DNA from: Eukaryota sp. GEM-RC1
Taxonomy: Eukaryota
Length of the DNA stretch: 64,000 bases
Assembly: GCA_040285855.1 (NCBI GenBank)
Contig: JAUFOQ010000001.1
Span: forward strand, 2,914,001-2,978,000
Direction: 5' to 3'
Position numbers and translations under genes: made by a program. This document shows positions 37,850 to 49,174 of this stretch, in pieces; position 1 is the stretch's first letter; every line of letters begins with the position of its first letter. The notes under the pieces were generated by a model that saw only the letters and a program-made list of their open reading frames with translations, ran no database searches and had not been told where the DNA came from.

Positions 37850-38120
37850 TACAAACAAATTTATTTGCAAAAATAGAACCTCAAAGAATTCATATTCGGA
37901 AACTTCCCCATTAGAAATATGTGAACAAACCAAGACGGATAAGCTCAAAAGTCCGTTAATGGCTCTCAAATATGTAAAGCAGGTTGAATCCGAATAGACA
38001 TGAACTATTGTTTCATCAATTTGGGATCGTTGAGGAAATACTGTTTTGAATTGGAACTATTTGAATAATTTCGGAAAATCTCAAAATGGAATACGAACAA
38101 CCTCTTTGATCCTAAGTTTA
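37850..38120 (+). mobile_element. Decayed CRE-like retrotransposon remnant
   Basis: Reads CKNRTSKNSYSETSPLEICEQTKTDK..PLMALKYVKQVE, homologous to the RLE C-terminus at 10.9 and 48.5 kb. Confidence 0.65.
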
Positions 38121-38967
38121 TGTTATAGTTGATTGACCAAATGGCAACTTCTCTATAGTCTTCCACAGAATTTGAATATCAAATGTGACAGATTCATGAC
38201 TAAATTCAAGTAAATTGTCTTTAATCAAACTCAAATGTTAGTTATCTTTCAAATTGGGAACGATAGAGCTTTACCCATAGGATTCTGTACGAGACAAATT
38301 TATCAGGTTGAAGCAAACTCCATCAGATTTTAAATTACAGTTGAAACCATTTCTCATAAATTTAATATTTTTGAATCCATGATGACTCACACATTAGACC
38401 CTATGACCATTCAAGAATATCAAATATATTTCAATTTAACAAGCAGCGAAGGAACTGCTTTTTAGATAAAGACCTGACAGTTACAAAAGTTGCAACTTTC
38501 TTGGTCATTGTGCGATATTTGAATCGACACTACTAGTAGATATGAGAACCCTATATTGTAGGGAAAGAACCTCCTGTAATGTCAGGGGGAGGATCAACAC
38601 CTTATATGAACTTAGACAACACTGTAAAACTATAACAACTTTCACCAAAGACACGTAAACTGATATCTGAGGCACCCAGCCAGTCAATGTCCCGTGTTCA
38701 GTGACGATGACGTCATCATTGACGTCAATTGGTAATAATCTCTGTTTTTTAATCGACCGTTACCTTAATACAAATACTGTTTTTAGAACGTGCCTACAGT
38801 AGCACCGACTGTGACTTGTTCAAGGTCACTGTATAATATCAGACAATGTAGCTCCGGTATTGTACACATCACCCAATTGCTGGTATTCTTAAAATATTTT
38901 TTTCATTTAAACGATCAAAGGTCTACTATTAAATCAAAAGATGTATTGAGTACATACAAGAACTGAA

Positions 38968-41713
38968 CTAATTAGCTTGAAGTCTCTTACGAAGGTTATC
39001 TAAATACTTGTGTACTTGAACCAATACAGAAACACCGACACCAAACATCAATGACATTACCCACAACTCCCATGGTAAAGGTTCTGTGTGGAACAATCTA
39101 TTCATAACGGGAGTGTATACTAGTAGTAGTTGGATGATCATTTGAATAGCAACACCGATCAGGATCATCTTGTTTTTGAAGAAGCCTATTTTCAATGATG
39201 ATTTGGTAGTAGATCGACATCCAAACAAGTAGAAGGTTTCAACCATTACAAAAGTCGTGATGACAGCTGTGTTTGCTTGAACTAAACCAAATTGTTGCAA
39301 GGCGTATTCAAACACAATGAAAGCAGAAGCAGTTAGATATGCAGATACGATGAATGTTCTGATCAAATTACTCTTGCTAAAAAGTGGTTTGTTACGGCGT
39401 CTAGGTTTCATCTTCATTATACCCTTCTCAGCAGGTTCAAATGCAAGCATTAGACCTAAGCAGACAGCTGTTACCATGTTGATGTAGAGGACATGAATTG
39501 GAAGAAGAGGTAAGTCCTGACCCAAGATTAGTGCAATAATGATGACGGAGCACTCGCCAGCATTGGTAGGAATGGTCCAGAGAATGAACTTAACGAGATT
39601 GGCAAAGACGGATCGTCCTTCCTTAACAGCATTGACAATGGTATCAAAAGCATCATCAGTTAAGACACAATCAGCAGCTTCCTTGGCAACATCAGTTCCA
39701 GCAAGACCCATAGCGACACCAATGTCAGCCTGTTTCAATGCAGGACTGTCATTAGTACCATCACCAGTAACAGCAGCAACTTCACCTTGTCCTTGGAGAA
39801 TATTAACAATGCGAAGTTTGTGCTCAGGAGAAACACGAGCAAATACTTGAGTTGTCTTTACTACTTTGCAGAGTTGTTCATCAGTCATATCGTCCAACTC
39901 ATTTCCAGTAACAACATTGGTATCTTCCTTATGCGTGAGTCCGATTTCCTTGGCAATTGATAGGGCAGTTTTGGCGTGATCTCCGGTGAGCATTTTCACG
40001 GTGATTCCAGCAGATAGACAACAGGCAATTGCATCAAAAACAGTGGAACGAGGAGGATCATAGAGAGCTTGGAAACCCAAGAGACAAAGACCAGAAATAT
40101 CTTCATCTGTTAGTTTTTCTACAGGTTCTTCAAAAGTCTTCCTGCAAAGAGCAAGAACACGCAGACCTTTTTCAGCAGCCTTGTCAGCAGCAGCATTGAG
40201 CTGTTCACTTAGTTCCTTGGTCAGTTCAATTGGTCCTTCGTTAGACAAAATGTGAGTACAACGACCTTCCAGTTTACTTAAAGCACCCTTAACATGAAGA
40301 ATATACTCTTCATCTTTGTTCTTGTTGAGAGTAGCCATGTACATGAGTTCAGAATCAAAGGGAATTTGAGCGTAACGATGATCAGCAGTAAGCTTGGCAG
40401 AATCAATTCCAGCTTTACTTGCAGACACCAAAAGGCAACCTTCAGTAGGATCTCCAGTACACTTGTAATTACCGTTATCTTCATGGACAATGAAAGAATC
40501 ATTACAATAAGAACCAGTTTCTAAGACACTGATAACATGTTCGTTAATGTCTTCGATTGATCCTTCAGGAGCATATCCAACACCAGAAACCGCATGAGTC
40601 TTACCACAAACATAAACAGCCTTAACAGTCATTTGGTTAGTAGTAAGTGTACCGGTCTTATCAGAACAAATTACTGAGGTTGATCCAAGAGTTTCAACAG
40701 CTGGTAAAACACGGATGATGGCATTTCTCTTGGCCATTCTCCAAACACCAATGGAAAGAGTAATTGTCAAAGCAGCAGGTAGACCTTCTGGAATAGCGGA
40801 AACAGCAACGGCAACGGAGGCATGGAAAGAGTCGATCCAATCCATATTAGCACGGTAGTAAGCCAAAAAGTAGGAAAAGACAGACAAGACAATGATTGCA
40901 TATAAGAGAGTATGGGCAAACTTTTCAATTTTTTCGGTCAGAGGAGTTTTAATCTTAGTTGAAGTTTGAATCAGGTGATTGATCTTTCCAATCTCAGTGT
41001 TGTCACCAGTTTCAGTAACAACCGCTAGGCCACCACCTCTTGTGATGATGGTAGAAGAGAAACCCATGTTCTTACGATCACCTAGAGCAATCCTTTCTTC
41101 AAGAGGAGAAGTCATTTTCATTACAGGAACAGATTCTCCAGTGAGGGCGGATTCATCAATAGACAAGTCATTGGCTTCAAGAATTCGGCAATCAGCGGGA
41201 ACTCGCTGACCAGTTGTTAAGTACACAATGTCACCGGGAACGAGTTCTACAGCATCAATTTCAACCTTTTGTCCGTTTCGTTTGACAGTAACAAACGAAA
41301 CCATCTTCTCTTGACAAGGCATTGATAGCAGCGGCGGCCTTGACTTCCTGGATGAAGCCAACAATAGCATTAACAAGTACCACACCAAAGATGGCAATGG
41401 AGTCTGGAGGGTCCAAAAGGCAGTTACAACACCAGCAACTAACAGGATATAGATGAGAGGTTGGTGGAACTGAAGCAGTAGGATCAGGAGCTTGCTCTTC
41501 TGCTTCCCCATGGTGAGTTGGTTGTTACCGTTCTTTGAGCGCGCGGCTTGAACTTCAAAGGTGGAAAGTCCGGAGTCATTTGAGACAGAAAAGTGGGACA
41601 AACATTCGTGGACGTGTATTGAATGGAAGGAAGGCTTCTAAGATGAGTTTTTGAGGGAGGCAAACCCAGTTGACACCAATTTCTGAGTCTACAGTATTGT
41701 CAACGACGGTCAT
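38968..41713 (-). CDS. P-type cation ATPase copy 6 (motifs intact; compensating frameshift pair at ~41308-41418)
   Basis: Exon 1 (41713-41666) encodes MTVVDNTVDSEIGVNW. 28-nt intron at 41638-41665 (GTTTGC..TTAG). TGES, PEGL, DKTGT and TGDGTND are present. Confidence 0.92.
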
Positions 41714-41990
41714 TGAAACAGAATATTGAAACCCTTGCTTTTTTGACTTTTGTTGAAAAACACGTGCGTGTTAACACCCACACTGCTAGTCCACTACCTT
41801 GGTCCATACAAATCACAGATATGCAAACACTTACTATTACACTTATATATACAGTACCAACTTAAGGTAACAAACTAAACTGAAAGTGCTAATTACTTAC
41901 AATCACCACGTGATCAGCATAATGTCAAGGATAAACTAACCTAAAACCTAAATGGAATCTAACAACAACAACACAACCTAATGTCATGAG

Positions 41991-42733
41991 CAGGGGTTGG
42001 AAACAAATATTTAAATAAATATCATGGTCAACAATAAATATTTCAATAGGTTCAGTTCAAACAATAAATATTGCAATACAGTTGACTAATAAATAAATAT
42101 TGCAATTATTGCAATATTCCATAAATATTTCTGTGACACAACTCTTCTTTGAGTTCGATGACTAAAGACGTTACCTATACTTTTGTACTTATCATAATAT
42201 ATATTTTATGGAATCACATCGTATTAAAATCCGAAACAACGGGGCCGGAAGTTGGTGTAGTAGAAATGCTTCTTCACGAACAGGATGAAAGGGTTGCTGG
42301 CAGTGCAGTATTTACATTGACATGCAACCTTGCCAGCTGGAACTGATTCATGGGCTTGAAGCATAACAATGCCACGTGCTGAGGTTTCAAATTCATGTGA
42401 AAAGAACAGAAATATGTTCAGCAAAGAACGAAAGTTCAGAAATTGTACGTTTCACACTACTATAACCAAGGAGAAGAACCAAAAACCTTCATTGACCGTA
42501 AAAATCAGCACGAGATACAAGAAATGTACCTTCTGTAATTGTAGAGAACATGGTTTCGCAGTTTTTCAATTTGGTAGAAACATTAAAAATATTGCAATAA
42601 GTATCATGACGAACAATAAATATTGCAATCAGACATGACAAAAAATAAATATTTCAATATGTGATGGAAAAAATACATATTTTTATGCAATAATATTTCA
42701 ATATTTAAATAGAAATATTTTTTCCAACCCCTT
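41991..42733. mobile_element. hAT deletion derivative
   Basis: TIR (C/A)AGGGGTTGGAAA. 8-bp TSD GTCATGAG. ATATTGCAATA repeats. Internal BED-like remnant KVACQCKYC on the minus strand. Confidence 0.88.
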
Positions 42734-42734
42734 G

Positions 42735-43385
42735 TCATGAGTCAGATCGCTTCATTCCAACCACGACATCGTTAAGGTTGTTAGTTAGATCCGAAAGAAC
42801 AGCAAGGGAATCTATGAGCTCCAATCCAGACACCTTAGACAAGAGAAGATTATCCTTAACAGTAACAGCTAGATTAAGCATATCTGTGACTAAAATATGT
42901 TTGGTATCAACAGATTCGGATTGTATGCTAGACTTCTCAGCAGAAAGTGATGATGAAGTAGAAATCTCAGGCTCATCAGTGGGCTGTAAAGTCCAACATT
43001 GAACAGAACGGAGGGTATACTGCTTCCAATTAGTACTAGGTTGAAGAGGATAGAACCGAAGACCTCCAACACGAGAGGTATCAAAATCAGCATCCCAATC
43101 TGCTGTTGAAAGCTGATGTATGGCCTCAGCATCGTCTTCACAATGTGGACAAGTCATTAGTTTATGTTTCTGATTGGCAATTCTCCACGATCCGCGATTG
43201 CCATCCTCTACGACTCCAAAAGGTTTCCACCAAATGGTAACATAAGCAGTGTAATAATTAGTGAATGTAATGTACTTTAAAGCTGCAGGAGATTTAAAGG
43301 AAACCTCAATATAATGAAAAGAAGGAAACTCGTTGGGGTCTGGTTTAGTCTCAGATAATTGAAAAGAGATTGGTTGAGGATTCAT
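42735..43385 (-). CDS. NICN1: Nicolin-1-like protein (tubulin polyglutamylase complex subunit)
   Basis: ITFTNYYTAYVTI, LM..PHCEDDA and LRF..LQPS.NW motifs, typical of the nicolin family. Confidence 0.8.
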   Translation of the reverse strand: MNPQPISFQLSETKPDPNEFPSFHYIEVSFKSPAALKYITFTNYYTAYVTIWWKPFGVVEDGNRGSWRIANQKHKLMTCPHCEDDAEAIHQLSTADWDADFDTSRVGGLRFYPLQPSTNWKQYTLRSVQCWTLQPTDEPEISTSSSLSAEKSSIQSESVDTKHILVTDMLNLAVTVKDNLLLSKVSGLELIDSLAVLSDLTNNLNDVVVGMKRSDS

Positions 43386-43423
43386 TGAAAGAAAAGTCAA
43401 TTTTTGTAACCAACAAAAGACCC

Positions 43424-44026
43424 ATGACTTCTCAACCTACCTCCTCTGGATTTGACGATGAACTACAACGAGAAGATGATGGATATCGTGCCAAAAACAT
43501 TTCTCTTGAAGAAGCACTTAATGCTGACAAAGATGATGAATCTCTAGCTAAGTGGAAACAGTCGTTACTAGGAAATGCTACTGCTGGTCAAAAAGCAGTC
43601 CACATGACTTCATTCTCTCTAATTTTCGAAGATGGTTCTCCTGAGATCTTTGTACCTTTAAATGACCCTGATGCTTTAAATGAACTCCAACGCAACCCCA
43701 TTATTCTTAAGGAAGGGGTGCGGTTCAGGTACAAAACTACTTTCAATGTTCAAGGCGACATATTATCAGGTCTCGCTTTTCTGGCACATGTCTACCGTAT
43801 GAAAATTCGTGTTATGAAACAAGAGTACGTCTTAGGGTCGTATGGACCACGAGACGAAGACCATGAGGTTGTGTTTCCTTCCGGTTTTGATGAATATCTT
43901 GAAACTCCGTCTGGTCTCACTGGAAGAGGTTCTTACATTACTCGTTGCAGTTTTACGGATGATGATAAGGTCAAGTACTTTGATTTTGCTTTCAATTTCA
44001 AGGTATGCAAAGGTTGGACTGATTAG
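43424..44026 (+). CDS. Rho GDP-dissociation inhibitor
   Basis: DKDDESLAKWKQSLLG, LKEG, LGSYGP, PSGLTGRGSY, FTDDDK and C-terminal K.W. Confidence 0.95.
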   Translation: MTSQPTSSGFDDELQREDDGYRAKNISLEEALNADKDDESLAKWKQSLLGNATAGQKAVHMTSFSLIFEDGSPEIFVPLNDPDALNELQRNPIILKEGVRFRYKTTFNVQGDILSGLAFLAHVYRMKIRVMKQEYVLGSYGPRDEDHEVVFPSGFDEYLETPSGLTGRGSYITRCSFTDDDKVKYFDFAFNFKVCKGWTD

Positions 44027-44149
44027 CTTGTAAATATTGTAATTGCTCTATAAACTATTATCTGTACAATATGTATCTGTAGCTAACAAAACACAAACAC
44101 AATAAATTAGGCTAAAGCCAAAAACGCCCATCAGTTGAAGTCTCCAGTA

Positions 44150-44611
44150 TTACAACAGCGAGTCTATATCAACATCATTATCGTCGTCAGAATCATCTAA
44201 AAGCTGCGGTACGGCCTTATTCTTAGACATGACACTTGGGAGCTCAACATCACCTAGCGGAGTAAAGTAGGAATGAAAGAGAGAGAAACAAACAACCGGT
44301 ATCAGATCAACGGAAGGACTGTCAATAGCTGTTTTAATAGAATGGATCCAGTCCATCATCTCTACATCATCTTTGGCTCTGATATATACAGTTCGATGGG
44401 GAGTTTTGAGAATGAAAACTGATCCATTTTTGGTAGAATCGTCGAAAAACGGACGGACTAGAGCACCCTTGAGATTTATTGTACCAAGAAGAGGGGTATT
44501 CGGATCTTTAGCATAAGTTAGTGAGCTGTAGGAAAGAACAAAATATCGGTTGAGGAACCTTTTGTGCGGAGCTGGCTTTTTCTGTAGATAACCTGTTTTT
44601 AAAGATGGCAT
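44150..44611 (-). CDS. Small PH-domain protein
   Basis: KTGYLQKK, RYFVL, LGTINL, F.LKTP.RTVYIRA and EMMDWIHSI. A short pyrimidine-rich intron near 44255-44295 is possible. Confidence 0.85.
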   Translation of the reverse strand: MPSLKTGYLQKKPAPHKRFLNRYFVLSYSSLTYAKDPNTPLLGTINLKGALVRPFFDDSTKNGSVFILKTPHRTVYIRAKDDVEMMDWIHSIKTAIDSPSVDLIPVVCFSLFHSYFTPLGDVELPSVMSKNKAVPQLLDDSDDDNDVDIDSLL

Positions 44612-44977
44612 TGAGCCTTCAGTGAAGGCAAGAAGAGTGGATCGTCTTGCAAGCAAGAGAAATGACTTCAGAACAGCTCAATTCTTGTCTTCATGTATAT
44701 TCTAATAAATGTGCAGTGATCAGTACAGCATTGGTTCACTGAATCATGCTGTTTATTTATAGGAATTACACCGGCGGCAGTAATTAGTCTCACTGAGACT
44801 AATTTTGTATTGAACTTTTGACCCTCCATCCCTTAATTAGTCTCACTGAGACTAATTTTGTAGTGAGACTATTTATGTAGTGAGACTAATTTGGTCGTGA
44901 GACTAATTATGTCCTTAAAAAAATTGTTGTTGGAGTGGATGACTAGCAGTCTTGTTAACATAACTTTATCAATAAAA

Positions 44978-45520
44978 CTACTCTAATGTATAGCAATCAT
45001 CATTGTCACTCATTAAATCAATGATCTCTTCTTCTGGAGCATTGACTTCTTCTTCTTCATGGTCTTCTTCATGGTCTTCTTCTGATTCATCCTCAGGAGC
45101 TTGAAAGTCGCCATCATCTTCCACATCACTGATTTCATTCCAGTAATCATCTTCGTAGTTATCCGGTCTTTCGCCATCGAAGTTAGTTCTGTATCTTGCC
45201 ACGATAGCTTAAAGTTCGGGACTCAAATGCTTGATATTCCATTGTCCCTCGTCATCCAATCCTAATCCACATCTCATCATGGCCACTCTAGCAAATGAAT
45301 CCCCGTTCTCATTTCTCTTTCGATTGATATCTTGAACAACTTGTTTCGCTAGCTGTAAGAAATACTTTTTACCTGGATTTGGAAGCTTACCAGAGTTGCT
45401 GAAATCACCGAGTTGTGTCATTTCCAGTTTTTTCCTACCCAAAGATTGAGACCATGCTTTTTTAATCATAGCAATGATGAAAGTATCACATGGCTGTACA
45501 AGGTGGGTTGCATTTGGCGG
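44978..45520 (-). pseudogene. Pogo/Tigger DDE transposase C-terminal remnant
   Basis: PPNATHLVQPCDTFIIAMIKKAW motif, acidic tail and in-frame TAA at 45209-45211. The preceding NTHIQLLF lies beyond the LINE at ~48945-48968. Confidence 0.8.
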
Positions 45521-48500
45521 TGATGATGAGAAACGGTTGTTCATATCAGATAAGATGGTTTTTATTGTGAAGAAGAGTAAATTAGATGTATTCATTGTCT
45601 GAACACAATTGCATGTAATAATTTCTTCTTCTGGTGATTCTATGTCTCGTGTTTCACAGTCTGTATTTCCTGTTAGCCCTCTTGTCAATAAGGTTCTAGC
45701 TTCACGTCCAGTTGAGTTGCCAAGTTCTTTGCCTCTTTGTTCTTCTAATCCCACTTTTGTTCCCTCTAAAACTTCTTCTACTTCTGAGGTCTTTTCTGAG
45801 TCTAACGCTGCTTCTACTTCCATCAAATCTTCTCCTGAAGTTGTGATCCCTGCTTCTCAGCAAATTCGAAAAAGAGCTCTACCTAACTGTTCTTCTTGTG
45901 GTCAATTAGGTCACCGAAAAAATCAGAAAGTTTGTCCAAATTTTGATTTGCCTAAAATTCCTGATTCCCTATCAGCTGCCATTGCAGAAGTCTCAAATGT
46001 TGTTGACAGTCTGGCTGTCACTTCTGAGGTTACGGCAGAAGACAACGTCCAGCCTCTTTCTGATAATTCCTTTACAAAATTTGGTCAGTTTAGTGAATGT
46101 AATTTTTGCAAAACTGTTTCGGCGTCCTGCCTAATTAAAAACAATTATTTGATTTGTGGAGATTGTCTCTCTGTTGATACTCTTCGACCCTTTGTGAAAA
46201 TTCCAAATCAACTCAGCCCCAAAGGCTCCATTCCTTTTTCTATTGCTTTTCGGTCTTTTACTCTAGCGCTTTCACTAGGTTCTTGGGATGTTCTTCACAT
46301 CTGGAAGTTTTTTCTTGAGAAACAATCTCAATCCTGTAATCGCCCTAAGAAAGTGTTTGCTCCAAAGAAATTACCAAAGGATAAAGTTGTACGTCAACAA
46401 CTTCTTCGAGGTAGGTATGGTTCAGCTAAGAATGCCATTTTTTCTTCAGATCTTGCTCCTGTTTCTGAGGACACTGTTTCTCAACTTCAGGCTCTTCATC
46501 CATTGGAAAAATTTTCTCCTGTCAAGCCTATGCCTTCTTTGTATTGGAAAGAAAACCCCATTAGAGTGGATGAGTTGATGAGTTGTATTTTAAAACTCCC
46601 TTCAGGAAAAGCTCCTGGACCTTCAGGTATTACTTTTGATATGCTCAAATCTGTTTCACGTCAAAATTCACTTATTGTTGAAGATTTATGTCTTTTTTTC
46701 AACAATGTTTTGTTATCGAAGGTTGTTCCTCCAAAAGAGTTGTCTGCTTCTCGTTTGGTTGCACTGATTAAGCCTAACAAGAAAATCCGTCCTATTGCTG
46801 TTGGTGAAGCTATTTACCGTTTGTTTGCTTCTGTTGTCTTTGAAAGAATTTCGAACAAAGCCAAGGATTTCTTTTCACCTTATCAATATGGTATTAAAAC
46901 CATTGATGGAGCTTCCGTGGCTGCCCTTTCTTCTGATGTTTTCTTCAATGCGGTTGAAAATAATTGCATTTTCAATTTGGATTTTAAGAATGCTTTTAAT
47001 TCTGTTAAACGATCTGCCATTTGTTCTGAATTGGAAAAGAGTTTTCCAGAATTAGGTACCTTTTTTCATTGTTTTTATGGTCACTCTTCTGACTTAGTTT
47101 TTAATTCATTTGTTCTTAATTCTGTTTCTGGTGTTAAACAAGGAGATCCTCTTGGTCCCTTCTTTTTTTGTTTGGCTATTCATCCAATCCTGAAAAAACT
47201 CAAAGAAGAACATGCAGACTTAGAAATCGTAGCTTATATGGATGACATTTCTTTTATTGCTCCTATGTCAACTCTTCGTATTATTGCGAATCAGGCTGCT
47301 GATTTGTACGATGCTATTGGACTTCAATTAAATGTGCAAAAATGTTTTTGATTGCCAAGGTACCTGTAACTTTAATTGTTAATTCTTTAGAGGTTCCCTT
47401 TGTGAACTATTTATCTTCAAGCTTTAGATTTCTAGGTTGTTATCTTGGTTCACATGACAACATTGTTAAAGATCTGAATGTATATTTGGATTCAATGCGA
47501 AAAGAATTAGATCAAATTAAGGAATTACAATTGGAAAAACATCTCAAATTCTTTATGCTAAAAATTTGTTATTCAGGAAAAGTTACCCATCTGTTTCGAT
47601 CTCTCCCCCCTGTACTTACCTATAACTTCTGTAGAAGCTTTAACAAAATTCGTACTGACTTTCTTGCATTTTTGTTATCAGTGGATCCTGCTGCTTTGAA
47701 CAATCACATCTTCTCAGATCCTCATCTTGGTGGTATTGGTTTCACTTCGTCTAAATGGTGTACCAAATCTGCTTTCATTGGTGGTGGTAAGAATTTTGTC
47801 TTTGAGTTCTGTAGACGGTACCCAAGTCAAGAAAATCTTCTTGTTTCGACAAGTAGTTTTTTCTTGGTAAATTTGAGATCAGAATTGTCACTAATTTCAC
47901 CTGACCTCTGGCAAACTTGTTTTCCAGCAGATATTTGTGAAATTCCAGAACGATGTGTCACCTCGTTAAAATTTGCTCTTAAGAAACTCCAAAAACACCT
48001 TTGAAAACATTTTGAATGTCTGGATTTTAAAATTCGACTTGGCTCGGCCAAAGAAAAAAATCCAGCTTTCGCAAATTTTTTAATCGATTTAAAGGACAGT
48101 TCTTCAGTTGCTTTGATTAACCAAATTCCTCAGATTTATGGTTTGTTGTTGAATGATCATCAATGGACTACAACATTCAGACTTCGATGTTTCTTGTGGC
48201 CCTCTAATTTACCCAATGATCTTCAATGCAAATGTGGTAAATTAGTTACTTTTTCTCACCTTTTGAGTTGCAATCGTTTCATTACTTATAGAACTTGTAT
48301 TCATGATGCTGTTAGAGATCAAATTCATGCAATGTGTAAGTCCTACAAAATCGAATCTTTTGTTGAGCCACTGTTGAGATCACTGGAAATCAATAATTCA
48401 AAAAATAGTGATTCTGATAAGACTTTTGGTAAACGAAGAGCTGATGTTATAGTTCCATCAGTTAATGATGAACTAACCGTTGTTGATGTGATTACTGTGG

Positions 48501-48949
48501 ATGTTTGCAAAAAAAGTGCATTCAAGGATGCTAAAACTGAAGTTTCTCCACTGAATTCTTCAGAACAATACAAAAGAAACAAATATGATGAACCACTGAC
48601 TGCTCTCAAACATATTAGACATGTTGAGTACAAATTATGTCCTTTTGCAATTTCAATTTATGGTCGACTTGGTAGAGATGCTCTTTGTTTTCTCTCTGCT
48701 TTTGAGAAAGTGGTCAAAAAAGAATGAACAAGAAATTTGATTTCAAATTTTGGTTGAATCGTATTGTTTTTACAATATTTAAAACAATTCCTATCATGAT
48801 TTCAAAAGCTCTATTAGCTCTCAGTGTTTTTTATGAAGAAAAAGCTGATGTGAGTTTTAATGGCAATGATTGTTGCTTTAATGATATTGAATTCTAGTAT
48901 TTGTGTTTATTTTAATGTTTTTAATAAAGGGGATGGAACTAAAAAAAAA
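45521..48949 (+). mobile_element. Near full-length CRE-like RT-RLE non-LTR retrotransposon
   Basis: ORF ~45642-48897: CCHC-like knuckle, RT (KAPGPSG, RPIAVGE, DFKNAFNS, GVKQGDPLGP, YMDD), Zn-finger, HDAVRD and RRAD/VDV/K..KY RLE. AATAAA and poly-A at the 3' end. Two homopolymer frameshifts and an in-frame TGA at 48002. Confidence 0.93.
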
Positions 48950-49174
48950 GTAATTGAATATGTGTGTTAAATAAAATACTACTGTAGAATGATAAACATG
49001 GATAATTTTAAGGTTGTTGGATTCATGACATAATTAGTCTCACTTGGGCGATTCTGAAAGGTCCAGGACATAATTAGTCTCACTGAGACTAATTTTGTAG
49101 TGAGACTAATTTTCCAGTGAGACTAATTACTGCCGCCAGTGTATTCAAAATAATACTAAGACTGCAAAAACATA

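Larger units (their letters stand above)
44769..49141. mobile_element. Pogo-like DNA transposon derivative carrying an inserted retrotransposon
   Basis: TIR CAC(C/T)GGCGGCAGTAATTAGTCTCACT with TA flanks. TGAGACTAATT repeats. The transposase remnant is split by the LINE. Confidence 0.92.

Noticed and set aside
6915..41209. Recurrent antisense ORFs within the ATPases (e.g. MMTEHSPALVG.., MIFPISV..)
   Set aside because: Shadows of the conserved sense-strand coding sequence, repeated only because the genes are paralogs.
45520..45601. Box C/D snoRNA-like segment (GTGATGA...CTGA) at the LINE 5' end
   Set aside because: No terminal stem or recognisable guide. Such short boxes arise by chance in AT-rich DNA.
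33889..48004. Stop-codon reassignment (TAA in glmS, TAA in the pogo remnant, TGA in the RT ORF)
   Set aside because: Only three cases, implying different residues, and two are in decaying TEs. TAA, TAG and TGA all terminate genes here and are absent from thousands of other codons.
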